Notes: generated by a model not told the origin, from the sequence alone. DNA of 63,927 nucleotides, filler included, from Lama guanicoe (GCA_013239625.1; 74 parts of 72 records of this genome joined end to end with filler, not necessarily neighbours in it); one strand, 5' to 3'; numbered from the whole stretch's first letter, positions 24,968 to 37,974 are shown. A program made the numbers and translations.

Positions 24968-25067
24968 NNNNNNNNNNNNNNNNNNNNNNNNNNNNNNNNN
25001 NNNNNNNNNNNTTAATTAATTAANNNNNNNNNNNNNNNNNNNNNNNNNNNNNNNNNNNNNNNNNNNN

Positions 25068-25380
25068 TTCCTGAGTTCTGTGAGTTGTTCTGGCAAATTA
25101 TCAAACCTGGTGGGGGGAGATCCCCACATCTGTAGCTGTTGGACAGAAGGGTGGATTACCTGGAGCCGTGGTATTTGTGACTGACAAGTGAAGTGAGATC
25201 AGCTCTGAGGGACTGAACCCTTAAAACTGTATGGTCTGTGCTAACTCTGGGGTAGTTAGTGTCAGAACTGAACTGCTGGACATCGAATTGTGTCAGAGAA
25301 TCAGAGATCTGGTGTTAATCTTGGAGAACTGGAGAACTGACTGGTGTTGGAAAAGATTCCACACACTGGGTGTCAGAAAG
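25068..25380 (+). mobile_element. MER21-like (ERVL) LTR 3' part
   Basis: ttcctgagttctgtgagttgttct...gggactgaacccttaa...gtagttagtgtcagaactgaa...ggtgtcagaa, recalled as the MER21 3' end. Confidence 0.7.
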
Positions 25381-25394
25381 AACATCAGAGTGGC

Positions 25395-25765
25395 AAAGGG
25401 AAATTGAGGTAGGAAAAGAGTCTCCCGGATTATCCAGTGTAACCCCAACAGTCCTTAAACGGGGAAGATGGAGGCAGTAGAGGAGGTCAGAGTGATGTCA
25501 GGTGAGAAGGACTCAGCCCGCCGTTGCTGGGATGGAGATGGATGGAGAAGGTCACAAGCCAAGGAAGGCAGGCAGCCTCTAGAAGCCGGAAAGGGCAAGA
25601 AAACAGATTCTCCTCTGGAGCTTCCAGCAGGAAAACAGCCCTGTGGACACATGAGGCCAGTGAGACCCCTTCAGACCTCTGACCTCCAGGACTGTAAAAT
25701 CTGTGATGCTTTAAGCCACTAAACTTGTGGTAATTTGTTACAGCAGCCATAGGAAAATAATGCTA
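25395..25765 (+). mobile_element. MLT1 (MaLR, MLT1D-like) LTR
   Basis: aagccaaggaaggcaggcagcctctagaagccggaaagggcaagaaaacagattctcctctggagc...taagccactaaacttgtggtaatttgttacagcagc is the diagnostic MLT1 3' half. Confidence 0.88.
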
Positions 25766-26060
25766 ATTCTCATCTTCCATCCAGTGGGGTGTTCAGCACG
25801 CCACTTTAGCCCTGTGTTAGTCAGGGAGCTGATACAGTTGGTTGAAGCTAATGATGAAATGTTCAGGCTCACGTAGCTGTGAAGGTCAAGAAGTGAGCTA
25901 GGCTCCAGGTGAGACAGATCCAGCAGTCTTTCCCATCATCAGAGCTCAGTCTCTCACTCANNNNNNNNNNNNNNNNNNNNNNNNNNNNNNNNNNNNNNNN
26001 NNNNTTAATTAATTAANNNNNNNNNNNNNNNNNNNNNNNNNNNNNNNNNNNNNNNNNNNN

Positions 26061-26743
26061 CAGACTATAGAATACAGAATACATAATACAGAATATATAA
26101 AAGAGAATACAGAATGTAGAACAGATTATATGAACTATAGAATTCAGAATACAGAATCCAGAATTCAGAACATGGGATTCAGAACACATAATATAGAATA
26201 TAGAATACAGTAATAAATTGTAGAATTTAGAATATAGAACACAGAATATAAAAAATAGAATTCAGTATACAGCACCCAGAATTTAGATCATTGAATGAAG
26301 AACACTGAATTTAGAATACAGAANNNNNNNNNNNNNNNNNNNNNNNNNNNNNNNNNNNNNNNNNNNNNNNNNNNNNNNNNNNNNNNNNNNNNNNNNNNNN
26401 NNNNNNNNNNNNNNNNNNNNNNNNNNNNNNNNNNNNNNNNNTATAGAATATAGATTATACAGAACATAGAATGTAGAATCTAGAATATAGAACACAGAAT
26501 ATAGAATATAGAATGCACAATACAGAACCCAGAATTAAGAACATGGAATTCAGAACCAATAATTTAGAATTAAGTATACAGAATATAGAATATAGAATAT
26601 AGAATAGAGAATGTAGAACACAGAATGTAAAATGAGGTACACTGAATATAAAATGAGGAATGTAGAATGTAGAACACATAATATAAAATATATCATACAG
26701 AATACAGATCCAGAATTTAGAACATGGAATTCAGAACTTAGAA
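26061..26743. repeat. Satellite A (heptamer)
   Basis: 7-bp AGAA periodicity with the same landmarks. Confidence 0.95.
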
Positions 26744-26843
26744 NNNNNNNNNNNNNNNNNNNNNNNNNNNNNNNNNNNNNNNNNNNNTTAATTAATTAAN
26801 NNNNNNNNNNNNNNNNNNNNNNNNNNNNNNNNNNNNNNNNNNN

Positions 26844-27302
26844 TGAAGCTCCTGCAATTTTCACTGTAAATCCGAGTTGTTATTGTACCTCCACAAATAT
26901 ATATGCATGGAGTGCGGTTTGCAACTGATGAGAAACTTTGTGTTCCCAACAACCTAGGTGAAGTAGGGCTTTCACACAGGTTTAAATCTCAAAAGTGATC
27001 ATGTGGAGAGACATTCGTCCATCAAGCACAAATTTAGCAGGTTGCAGGAGAAACAATTTCTCTGGTTTCTCAGTCTGTTTCCAAGTGCGTTTTGATGTTC
27101 CTTCATTTTCACTGTAAAACGAGTTGGAGCTTGTTCCTCCCAATAAAAGTGGAGTTTGCTACAGGAGAGGAACTTGGTTTTCCCAACAAGCTATGTGAAG
27201 CTCAGTTTTTACACACGCTTAACTCTCAAAATGGACTATGTGTAGAGCCATTTTTTCTATTAGCACAAAAGGAAAAGGTTGCAGGAGAAAAACTTACTCT
27301 GT
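26844..27302 (-). repeat. Satellite C, diverged variant
   Basis: ggttgcaggagaaa at ~27040 and ~27277; ggtttctcagtctgtttcc and ttttcactgtaaaacgagttggagcttg shared with 23754-24967 but with many substitutions. Confidence 0.85.
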
Positions 27303-27959
27303 NNNNNNNNNNNNNNNNNNNNNNNNNNNNNNNNNNNNNNNNNNNNTTAATTAATTAANNNNNNNNNNNNNNNNNNNNNNNNNNNNNNNNNNNNNNNNNN
27401 NNACAATGCTTCTCTTGCATAGTTGAGGTTTTAGATAGCACTCTGCTGGTTACAAAGCAAGGACCGGGGCCTAAGGTATAAACGCTGGGCTTGTGTGCTG
27501 TTAGATATTCTATTATCCCGAAAACAAGGACCTGGCTGGTCTGGTAGTCTGCTTTGTAATTCACATATCTTAAAATATATCTTGTTCCCCTCACCCCATG
27601 ACTTCCCTAAAGAAATCCTTTGTACTCATTGTGTATTCTACAATCTCTGCCTCACCCTGTCTTTCCTGGAGTTCCTCCTTACTATCACACAACTGTTAAT
27701 GAATTTAATTTTTCCTTATACACAATAAATATGAGAGAATTTGAGAGGCTCTTGGAATTGGCTCCCTAATCCCTCGCGATTTCTTGTCTTTTTCCACAAA
27801 GTCTGGAGTAATCATTTCCTGTAGGNNNNNNNNNNNNNNNNNNNNNNNNNNNNNNNNNNNNNNNNNNNNTTAATTAATTAANNNNNNNNNNNNNNNNNNN
27901 NNNNNNNNNNNNNNNNNNNNNNNNNAAATTCTAACATGAAGGATCCACGGTACCTAAGT

Positions 27960-28409
27960 GCAATAGGGAAGAACAACTCTGACTCCATATTAGATCCGTT
28001 CCTGTGGCTCCAGCCCTGGGCTCCGTCTCCTGGGCTGAGTCCTGCTGGTTCTGCACCTTTTGTAACAGGATGTCGCCTAGAGCCTGAAACACGCGGGAGA
28101 GCCCACTCTCAGGGCTCTGACCTGCAAGGGCAGGACACCTTCCCATTCACAGAGAGAAGACGTTGCAGGACAGAGAATCACACCTGTCCTGTTGGAGGTT
28201 TACAGGGACGCCAGGACCTGACCCACGCGGACAGCGGACAGCGGACAAGTGGCAAGGACAAAGGATTCAGACACCAGGAAGTTTGCAACAACCAACCACA
28301 CTTTTAGTACAGAAGGGGCCTGAGTTCTGACTTGGGGAAGATGGTTCTCCAGGACATTAGCTCCCATCTTCTCAGTCTGCTGGCTTTCTGAATAAAATTG
28401 TTATTCTTT
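27960..28409 (+). mobile_element. ERV1-like LTR
   Basis: Shares gaagtttgcaacaac..accaca, ttctgacttggggaaga, ccatcttct and AATAAA with 55372-55856. Confidence 0.75.
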
Positions 28410-29473
28410 NNNNNNNNNNNNNNNNNNNNNNNNNNNNNNNNNNNNNNNNNNNNTTAATTAATTAANNNNNNNNNNNNNNNNNNNNNNNNNNNNNNNNNNN
28501 NNNNNNNNNAAAACAAACCCATAGGTACAGAGAACAGAGTAATGATTACCAGAGGGGAGAGGGGAGAATGGAGGGGGAAGTGAGTAAAGTTATTTGTTGT
28601 GAATAATTTTCTTTTGTTGCTAGCAGGACACAGAGAGTTAGGCAAGAACCAAGGCGGCGGCTGTCCTTCACTGAAGGGTCTCTTCCAGGCGGAGCAGTTC
28701 TAGCCCTCAGGCTGACTCAAGACCCACTGCCCACCACAAACCAAGCTGAGTCTGGAGGGCAACTAGTGCTGGGGGAATGACAACCTAGTCGTGTTCCTGC
28801 AAGCACAGGAGCGCCTGGCCTGCACCATTGAGGAAGGCCAAATTAATCTCCTTCTGAAACTTCTTCACAGTCTGAAGAGAACCAGGCGATAATGGTCCTT
28901 CACCTGAGGACAAACCTTCTGATGACCTTGGAGGACAGGTCCTGCAGAAGCTGGTTTTGAGGGACTCGCCGAAGGAAAGGAGCAACAGTCCCCTAAGCAG
29001 TGATCTTGAGTTGAGATGTCTGCTAGTTACTCTCAAAAGGTAGAGTAACTCATGTATATGGAGAGAGTGAGAAAGCAAATAAAATATGGGAAGATGTTAA
29101 CTGGTGCGCTTAGGTGAAGAATTATGCTGTTACTAATTTTTGTATGTTTCAGCTTTGTTTCTGTTTTTTAAAGGAGTAATTGTTACTGAAGTCCTGAATT
29201 CTCTTTAGATGGGCACTCTGAGTGGGAGACAATAGGTTTCCAGGAGAAGAGAGGAGAGAAGAGGAGAGGAAGCCAGTGGCTGGCCAATATGCTCATCACA
29301 TCTCATCTCTTCCAGCCTGGGAGAGGCCTTGGACCCTGGAGCCTAAACTCATCAGTTTAAGAATTCAGTGCAGNNNNNNNNNNNNNNNNNNNNNNNNNNN
29401 NNNNNNNNNNNNNNNNNTTAATTAATTAANNNNNNNNNNNNNNNNNNNNNNNNNNNNNNNNNNNNNNNNNNNN

Positions 29474-30050
29474 CCTACTTCAGGATGACACCTGCACCCC
29501 AATATTCATAGCAGCATCATTTACAATAGCCAAGACGTGACAACAGCCTAAATGTCCATCAACGGATGACTGGATAAAGAAGAGGTGGTATATTTATACA
29601 ATGGAATACTACTCAGCCATAAAAACTGACAACATAACACCATTTGCAGCAACATGGATGCCCCTGGAGAATGTCATCCTAAGTGAAGTAAGCCAGAAGG
29701 AGAAAGAAAAATACCATATGAGATCGCTCATATGTGGAAACTGAAAAAAANNNNNNNNNNNNNNNNNNNNNNNNNNNNNNNNNNNNCAGACTCATAAGAA
29801 TATAAACTTGTGGATGCCAAGGGGGCAGAGGGTGGGAAGGGATAGACGGGATTTCAAAATTGTATAGATAAACAAGATTATACTGTATAGCACAAGGAAA
29901 TACACAAAAGATCTTGTGGTAGGTCACAGAAAAAAATGTGACAATGAATATATATATGTACATGTATAACTGAAAAATTGTGCTCTACACTGGAATTTTG
30001 ACACAACATTGTAAAATAATTATAAACCAATAAAAAATGTTAAAAAAAAT
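29474..30050 (+). mobile_element. Young LINE-1 3' end with A-rich tail
   Basis: tggaatactactcagccataaaaa...gtataactgaaaaattgtgctctacactggaa...caataaaaaatgttaaaaaaaa; same subfamily as 50251-50845. Confidence 0.93.
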
Positions 30051-31599
30051 TAGAGACAGAAATTATATAGCTCCTCTTTGTTTTGGCTGTCACATTTGGA
30101 AATGCCATTTCAATACCTTGACCTTGCCTGCTCCATAGATCTTGCCCTCTATTCTGCTTCAACCATTTACTAGAAGACTACAGTTGAGATGTCTATATCC
30201 ATAACTACATCTTCACTGCAAGCATCCCACTCTTCAACCAGCACTACTTAACTTCACTGCTTACTCCTGCTAGTATTCTGTCTCCAAAATCATTTGACCC
30301 TCTGGGACTAAGAGTACATTTACCATATCAATCTTTCATTATTGCTTAACTGATCCATATCCTCAATTCCCTCNNNNNNNNNNNNNNNNNNNNNNNNNNN
30401 NNNNNNNNNNNNNNNNNTTAATTAATTAANNNNNNNNNNNNNNNNNNNNNNNNNNNNNNNNNNNNNNNNNNNNCTTCACTCGCCAGGCCTCTGATCTTTC
30501 TTTCTTTAGGTTTTCCTTGTCCGCTTTCACTGAACTATGTGAACATATTAAGTCACAAAGTATTACCTTTTTTTTTTCATTTCTTCTAACCTACAGCTCC
30601 TTTATATTAGGTTTTATTAGGCTTTTGAGACATTTTGTTACACAAATGTCAGTATTTACACTCACTATTTTCTAATAATTAAATCTTAGCGGCTCATCAC
30701 ATGCAGGTTCAAGAGTTTACTTTACGGTAAACTTCACAGATGGTGCTATGCACGCCCATGAGGAAGCATGGGATGCCCGGCTGTCCCTCTTTCGAGATGT
30801 CAGTGGCCAAGAAGGCGCATGTCAAGACCCATCACTTCTTTAAAGGGGCTGCAAAATGACAGTGTTTTTACACCTTCAGTACTTATTAGCTGAGGGAGTT
30901 CTGTAATGAGAGAATTCCCTCTCATCAATTTAGTTAACCCTGAGACAGAATTCACAAGGCAAAGGCAGAATAAATGTTTGATTCTTTCCTTCTGTAAACA
31001 ATTTTTGAAATAAGGTGTTGGTCACTCACTGAATTTCAAAGGTAACCAGTAAGTGATTTCCTTTTTTTTTCCACTACCATGAAGCCTTAGATTTAAACAT
31101 TAGTTGGTGCCTTTGATCCACTGTGGATATCGTTCTCTTCAATACTCTAATTATACAACAGAGAGCAGTGGGCTCCTGAGTCCTCTGACACACCCTTGGG
31201 AGCACTGGACAGAATCCCTGCCCTGCACCCTATGATGTTAAGATATTCCAGCCAAGTCTCATTCAGTTTCTGCTCTAGAGCTGCCAGTGGCTGTATTTCC
31301 AAANNNNNNNNNNNNNNNNNNNNNNNNNNNNNNNNNNNNNNNNNNNNTTAATTAATTAANNNNNNNNNNNNNNNNNNNNNNNNNNNNNNNNNNNNNNNNN
31401 NNNAGGGGATATCCGAAAAGCACCTGTGGCAAAGCATTCCAAACTGGTGCATCTGGGAAAGGTTCTGCAGGGGTTCTTCATGAAACCTCTCCAGTTTGGT
31501 TTAAACGTGTAATTATTTCCAAAACACACACATGAAAAACAAATGAAACTCTGAAACTCTGTTGAGTTCAGGAGAGAAGAGCAGAGTGAGCTCAGGGCA

Positions 31600-31638
31600 C
31601 GTTTATGTCTCACTTCCCCATGACCGTGGACCACTGTG
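31600..31638 (-). promoter_or_regulatory. V(D)J recombination signal sequence, 23-bp spacer
   Basis: Minus strand: heptamer CACAGTG (31638-31632), exactly 23 bp, then nonamer ACATAAACG (31608-31600; consensus ACAAAAACC). A 23-RSS is the lambda V configuration. Confidence 0.95.
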
Positions 31639-31854
31639 CACATTGTTGCTGCTTCTATATGAGGCACAGTAATAATCAGCCTCGTCCTCAGACTGGAGCC
31701 CAGAGATGCTCAGGGAGGCTGTGTTGCCTGACTTGGAGCCAGAGAAGCGATCAGGGATCCCTGAGGCTCGAGTGCTGACTGCATAGATCAGGAGTTTGGG
31801 GGCCATTCCTGGGAGCTGTTGATACCAGGAGACAGAGTTATAGCCCCCAATGTC
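31639..31854 (-). CDS. IGLV: Immunoglobulin lambda variable gene segment, germline, partial V exon (CDR1 to CDR3 start); IGLV2-like
   Basis: Open 72 codons: [72 protein letters not shown], with conserved Trp, DEADYYC and lambda frameworks. The 5' part is cut off by the contig end. Confidence 0.97.
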
Positions 31855-31954
31855 NNNNNNNNNNNNNNNNNNNNNNNNNNNNNNNNNNNNNNNNNNNNTT
31901 AATTAATTAANNNNNNNNNNNNNNNNNNNNNNNNNNNNNNNNNNNNNNNNNNNN

Positions 31955-32398
31955 TTTTCTTTTTGGGGTAGTGTCTTTTTCTGCTTTTGGTATCAGTTTG
32001 ATGGCCTATGGTGTCAGTTTGGAAGTACTCTCTCCATATCAATCTTGTGGAAGAGTTTGAGGAGGACTGGTATGGATTTTCCTTTGTATGTTTGATCAAA
32101 TTCCCCAGTGAAGGTAATTGGGTCTGGATTTTGTTTGCAGAGAATTTTATTTTATTGATATTTCTATTCGATTTCTGGTGATCTGTCTGTTCAAATGGTT
32201 AATTTCTTCTTGATGCAATATTGGTGGGCTGAATGTTTCCACAAACTTCTCCATTTCTTCCTGGTTGCCCAGTTTGTTTACATACAGTTGCTCATGGTAA
32301 TCCCTTATGAGTAAATGATACTTTGCAAATTTGTTGTACTCTTTGTATTCTCTCCATTTTCATTTCTTATATTATTTGTGTTCTCTCTCTTTTCTTGT
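31955..32398 (-). mobile_element. Degenerate L1 ORF2 fragment
   Basis: Antisense L1 motifs (aaattccccagtgaagg, tttctggtgatctgtctgttcaa, cttttggtatcag). Confidence 0.85.
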
Positions 32399-32499
32399 TN
32401 NNNNNNNNNNNNNNNNNNNNNNNNNNNNNNNNNNNNNNNNNNNTTAATTAATTAANNNNNNNNNNNNNNNNNNNNNNNNNNNNNNNNNNNNNNNNNNNN

Positions 32500-33550
32500 T
32501 GGGGAGGTTCCACCAACATTCGGCAGCGCGAGGATTCTAACGGAATGCATTAGCGCGTCTCCCCTGAGGGTTTCACTTATGTCTGGCTACCAGGGAATGC
32601 TGGCGTTCTGCGTTGCCATGCCCAGTGTCAGCGGCTGCCTCCCCAAGGTCAGGGAAGATGTTTCTCGGACTTCCCTCTAACTGGGAACTCCTGTGACTGA
32701 AGAGATCTGCGTGGAGTTGTGTCTCGAGCTCCCCCACACACTGACCATTGTTCCGGAAACTTGAGAGTCGGGAGGTTCCTCCATAGGTCGGCAGTGCGTG
32801 GGTTTAACGGAATGCCTAAGCTCGTCTCCCCTGGGGTTTTCTTAATGTCTCTGTGCCAGGGAAAGCTAGGGGGGTTTACAGGAAATCCCAGAGACACAGG
32901 CAGCCCCCCGAAGTTCAGGGAAGGTATTTCTCGGACTTCCCCGGCACCGGGAAGAACTGTGACTGAAGAGAGCTGCGTGGAGTTGTCTCTCGAGCTCCCC
33001 CACGCACTGATTACCGTTCCGGAATCCTGAGCGTGGGGAGGTACGACCAACGGACGGCAGCGCGTGGGTTCTAACGGAGTGCCTAAACTCGTCTGCCCTG
33101 ATTGTTTCCCTTATGTCTCTCTGCCAGGGAAAGTTAGCGGGGGTTTCAGGTATTCCCAGTTAGAGAGTTTGCCTCCCCAAGGTCAGGGAAGGTGTTTCTG
33201 GGACTTCCCCCTAAAAGGGAACACCTGTGACTGAAGAGAGCTGCGTGGAGTTGTCTCTCGAGCTCCCGCACGCACTGACAATTTTTTCGGAATGCTGAGC
33301 GTCGGTAGTTTCCACCAATGGTCGTCAGCACGTGGGTTCTAATGGAATGCCTAANNNNNNNNNNNNNNNNNNNNNNNNNNNNNNNNNNNNNNNNNNNNNN
33401 NNNNNNNNNNNNNNNNNNNNNNNNNNNNNNNNNNNNNNNTAAGGACAGGTATTTCTCGGAGTTCCCACGGATCGGGAAGACCTGTGAGTGAAGTGAGCTG
33501 CGTGGAGTTGTCTCTTGAGCTCCCCCACGCACTGATTATGGTTCCGGAAT
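32500..33550 (-). repeat. Satellite B array (~4 monomers)
   Basis: ctgcgtggagttgt(c/g)tct at ~32708, 32973, 33241 and 33498. Confidence 0.95.
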
Positions 33551-34294
33551 NNNNNNNNNNNNNNNNNNNNNNNNNNNNNNNNNNNNNNNNNNNNTTAATT
33601 AATTAANNNNNNNNNNNNNNNNNNNNNNNNNNNNNNNNNNNNNNNNNNNNATTTAGGAAAGCATAGCATTGTGATATTGTATGTAATTTAATTATCTTGA
33701 AAAAGCAATGCTACAGTGAAAAGTAATTTTAAATTAATTCTTGGTTATAACTTGGTTGATTCAAGGAGAAAAAGGTCCCATTTTTCTGAACATATCCTTA
33801 TATAAAAAATATAACTATTCCATACTACATTTTCATCTCCTTTTTCAAATATTTATAGCCAAACACAAATAAAATGTGAAATGAATCTTTGATAGTATTT
33901 GTTTTGCTTGATTAAGTATTTGTTTTGCTTGATTGAACTGTTGCCTTAAAGCCCTTGTAAATGAAAGACTGTTAATAGTAGGAGTGGCAGGAGTAGTGGA
34001 AACTGCTTTGTGTCTTTGAGTAATGACACCAAGAAAAAGCACACTGTACTATTACTGCATCTATTCTGTCTTAGCAGAGTCATGTCTTAGAGTGGTGAAC
34101 CACATAAGGTATTTTATGAGCTCAAATTTTTTACAGCAATAGCCTAATCATTTGGGTCTAGTATACCCTGCTTACATAGTTTTGAAGATGGAATNNNNNN
34201 NNNNNNNNNNNNNNNNNNNNNNNNNNNNNNNNNNNNNNTTAATTAATTAANNNNNNNNNNNNNNNNNNNNNNNNNNNNNNNNNNNNNNNNNNNN

Positions 34295-35475
34295 GGGAGG
34301 TTCCACCAACGTTCGGCAACGCGTGGGTTCTAACGGAATGCCTGGGCTCGTCTGCCCTGAGTGTTTTCCTAATGTCTCTCAGCCAGGGAATATTAGCGGG
34401 GGTTTCAGGAATTCCCAGTGATAGAGGCTGCCTCCCCAAGGTCACGGAAGGTATTTCTCGGACTTCACCCTAACAGGGAACACCTGTGACTTAAGAGAGA
34501 TGCGTGGAATTGTCTCTTGTGCTCCCCCACGCACTGATTATGGTTCCGGAATCCTGAGCGGGGGAGTTTCCACCAACGGTCGGCAGCGCGTTGGTTTTAA
34601 CGGAATGCCTAATCTAGTCTCCCCTGAGTGTATTCCAAATGTCTGTCTGACAGGAAATCCTGTGGGTCTGCACTGGCATGTCCAGTGTCAACGGTTGCCT
34701 CCCGAAAGGTAGGGGGAAGTTATTTCTCGGACTTCCCCCTAGCAGGGAACGCCTGTGACGGAAGAGAGCTGCGTGGAGTTGTCTCTCGAGATCCACCTCG
34801 CAGTGACAATGGTTCTTGGATCCTGAGGGTGGGGAGCTTCCACCAAGTGTCGGCAGCGCGTGNNNNNNNNNNNNNNNNNNNNNNNNNNNNNNNNNNNNNN
34901 NNNNNNNNNNNNNNNNNNNNNNNNNNNNNNNNNNNNNNNNNNNNNNNNNNNNNNNNNNNNNNNNNNNNNNNNNNNNNNNNNNNNNNNNNNNNNNNNNNNN
35001 NNNNNNNNNNNNNNNNNNNNNNNNNNNNNNNNNNNNNNNNNNNNNNNNNNNNNNNNNNNNNNNNNNNNNNNNNNNNNNNNNNNNNNNNNNNNNNNNNNNN
35101 NNNNNNNNNNNNNNNNNNNNNNNNNNNNNNNNNNNNNNNNNNNNNNNNNNNNNNNNNNNNNNNNNNNNNNNNNNNNNNNNNAGGGAACGTTAGGGGGTTT
35201 ACAGGAAATCCCAGAGACAGAGGCTGCCTCCCTAATTCCAGGGAAGTTATTTCTCGGACTTCCCCGGGACCGGGAAGACCTGTGACTGAAGGGAGCTGCG
35301 TGGAGTTGTCTCTCGAGCTCCCCCATGCACTGATTACGGTTCCGGAATCCTGAGCGTGGGGAGGTAAGACCAACGGACGGCAGCGCGTGGATTCTAACGG
35401 AGTTCCTAAACTCGTCTGCCCTGAGTGTTTTCCTAATGTCTATCTGCCAGGGAATGTTAGCGGGGTTTTCAGGTA
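34295..35475 (-). repeat. Satellite B array
   Basis: Same ~267-bp monomer, reverse orientation. Confidence 0.95.
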
Positions 35476-35575
35476 NNNNNNNNNNNNNNNNNNNNNNNNN
35501 NNNNNNNNNNNNNNNNNNNTTAATTAATTAANNNNNNNNNNNNNNNNNNNNNNNNNNNNNNNNNNNNNNNNNNNN

Positions 35576-36664
35576 TAACCTTCTACCTTGCTGAATTCTT
35601 CAATCAGCTCTAGTAGCTTTTGTGCAGACCTTTTAGGGTTTTCTATATGTAGTAACATGTCGTCAGCATATATTGACACTTTTACCTCTTCTTTTCCAAT
35701 TTGGATCCCTTTTATTTCTTTCTCTTGCCTGATTGCTGTGGCTAGGACTTCCAGGACTATGTTGAATAGGAGTGGTGATAGTGGGCATCCTTGTCTTGTC
35801 CCAGATTTTAGTGGGAAGCTTTTGAGTTTNNNNNNNNNNNNNNNNNNNNNNNNNNNNNNNNNNNNNNNNNNNNNNNNNNNNNNNNNNNNNNNNNNNNNNN
35901 NNNNNNNNNNNNNNNNNNNNNNNNNNNNNNNNNNNNNNNNNNNNNNNNNNNNNNNNNNNNNNNNNNNNNNNNNNNNNNNNNNNNNNNNNNNNNNNNNNNN
36001 NNNNNNNNNNNNNNNNNNNNNNNNNNNNNNNNNNNNNNNNNNNNNNNNNNNNNNNNNNNNNNNNNNNNNNNNNNNNNNNNNNNNNNNNNNNNNNNNNNNN
36101 NNNNNNNNNNNNNNNNNNNNNNNNNNNNNNNNNNNNNNNNNNNNNNNNNNNNNNNNNNNNNNNNNNNNNNNNNNNNNNNNNNNNNNNNNNNNNNNNNNNN
36201 NNNNNNNNNNNNNNNNNNNNNNNNNNNNNNNNNNNNNNNNNNNNNNNNNNNNNNNNNNNNNNNNNNNNNNNNNNNNNNNNNNNNNNNNNNNNNNNNNNNN
36301 NNNNNNNNNNNNNNNNNNNNNNNNNNNNNNNNNNNNNNNNNNNNNNNNNNNNNNNNNNNNNNNNNNNNNNNNNNNNNNNNNNNNNNNNNNNNNNNNNNNN
36401 GTGATCGGATTGTTCAAGTGTTCAGTTTCTTCTTGATTCAGTTTTGGTGGACAGTATGTTTCCAGAAACTTGTCCATCTCCTCTAGGTTATCCAGTTTGG
36501 TTCCATATAGTTTTTCATAATATTCTTGTATGATATTCTGTATTTCTATTTTGTTTGTTGTAATTTCTCCATTTTCCTTTCTTATTTTGCTAATTTGTGC
36601 TCTCTCTTTTTTCTTCTTTGTGAGTTTGGCCAGAGGTTTGTCGATTTTATTTACTTTTTCAAAA
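35576..36664 (-). mobile_element. Young L1 ORF2 (linker region to RT domain), gap-interrupted
   Basis: [17 protein letters not shown]...[59 protein letters not shown], with intact YADD catalytic motif. Confidence 0.97.
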
Positions 36665-37404
36665 GCTGAAGCTCAAGCTGTTAGATGAAGAGGACCGGAA
36701 GGAAGTTGATCTTGTTGACAAAACCCAGANNNNNNNNNNNNNNNNNNNNNNNNNNNNNNNNNNNNNNNNNNNNTTAATTAATTAANNNNNNNNNNNNNNN
36801 NNNNNNNNNNNNNNNNNNNNNNNNNNNNNTTCATGGAGCAGAAGGCTTCATTCTACTAAGATGACAATAGTCCACGAAAAATCTAAGGATTCAAAGAATG
36901 CCTACCCAAATCCCAGGTGGTGTTTTGCAGGTATTGACAATCAATCTAAAATTCACGTGGAAAATCCAGGGGGTCAGAATACATGAGTGAATCTTGAAAA
37001 AGCAGAACAAAGTTCGAGTAATGGTAAGTCAGATGGAACCCACGGTTAATACAAAAGCTCTTTAAGCTGAAGATACCTAAGATTCAAAAGATGTAGAAGA
37101 AAACCTGTCATGGAAGCCAATTCTCTCCTTTCCCTTTGCCCTATTAAGTTAGGTTGATAAAAAANNNNNNNNNNNNNNNNNNNNNNNNNNNTACTTTTCT
37201 GGTTGGCTCCTGCGTGTGTATAAATAAACCGTTTCTCTCGTTCGTCTCTTCTTTGCTTCTGTGGGCTCTTTGGGAGGGACTCTGGATTATGGGACCTGCT
37301 CTTTNNNNNNNNNNNNNNNNNNNNNNNNNNNNNNNNNNNNNNNNNNNNTTAATTAATTAANNNNNNNNNNNNNNNNNNNNNNNNNNNNNNNNNNNNNNNN
37401 NNNN

Positions 37405-37874
37405 ACCCAGGGGAGACGAGCTTAGGCATTCCGTTTGAACACACGCGCTACTTACAGTTGGTGGAACCTCCCCAATCTCAGCATTCAGGAACCATTGTCA
37501 GTGCGTGGTGAGCTCGAGAGACAACACCACGCAGCTCTCTTCTGTCACAGGTATTTCCTGTTAGGGGGAATTCTGAGAAATACCTTCCCTGATCTTTGGG
37601 AGGCAGCCTCTGTCACTGGGNNNNNNNNNNNNNNNNNNNNNNNNNNNNNNNNNNNNNNNNNNNNNNNNNNNNNNNNNNNNNNNNNNNNNNNNNNNNNNNN
37701 NNNNNNNNNNNNNNNNNNNNNNNNNNNNNNNNNNNNNNNNNNNNNNNNNNNNNNNNNNNNNNNNNNNNNNNNNNNNNNNNNNNNNNNNNNNNNNNNNNNN
37801 NNNNNNNNNNNNNNNNNNNNNNNTTGGGAATTCTGAGAAATACCTTCCCTGACATTGGGGAGGCAGCCTCTCTC
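37405..37874 (+). repeat. Satellite B array
   Basis: gagacgagcttaggcattccg...gggaattctgagaaataccttccctga twice. Confidence 0.93.
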
Positions 37875-37974
37875 NNNNNNNNNNNNNNNNNNNNNNNNNN
37901 NNNNNNNNNNNNNNNNNNTTAATTAATTAANNNNNNNNNNNNNNNNNNNNNNNNNNNNNNNNNNNNNNNNNNNN

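Noticed and set aside
28785..29078. 97-aa ORF and a possible 38-nt exon (DLSSKVIRRFVL)
   Set aside because: Weak donor (gtgaag) and no recognised homology.
32649..33532. Recurring 'MGELERQLHAALF' and 'GSSRDNSTQLSSV' peptides suggesting a multicopy gene family
   Set aside because: These are frames of the 267-bp satellite B monomer; frames are not preserved between monomers and there is no splice structure.
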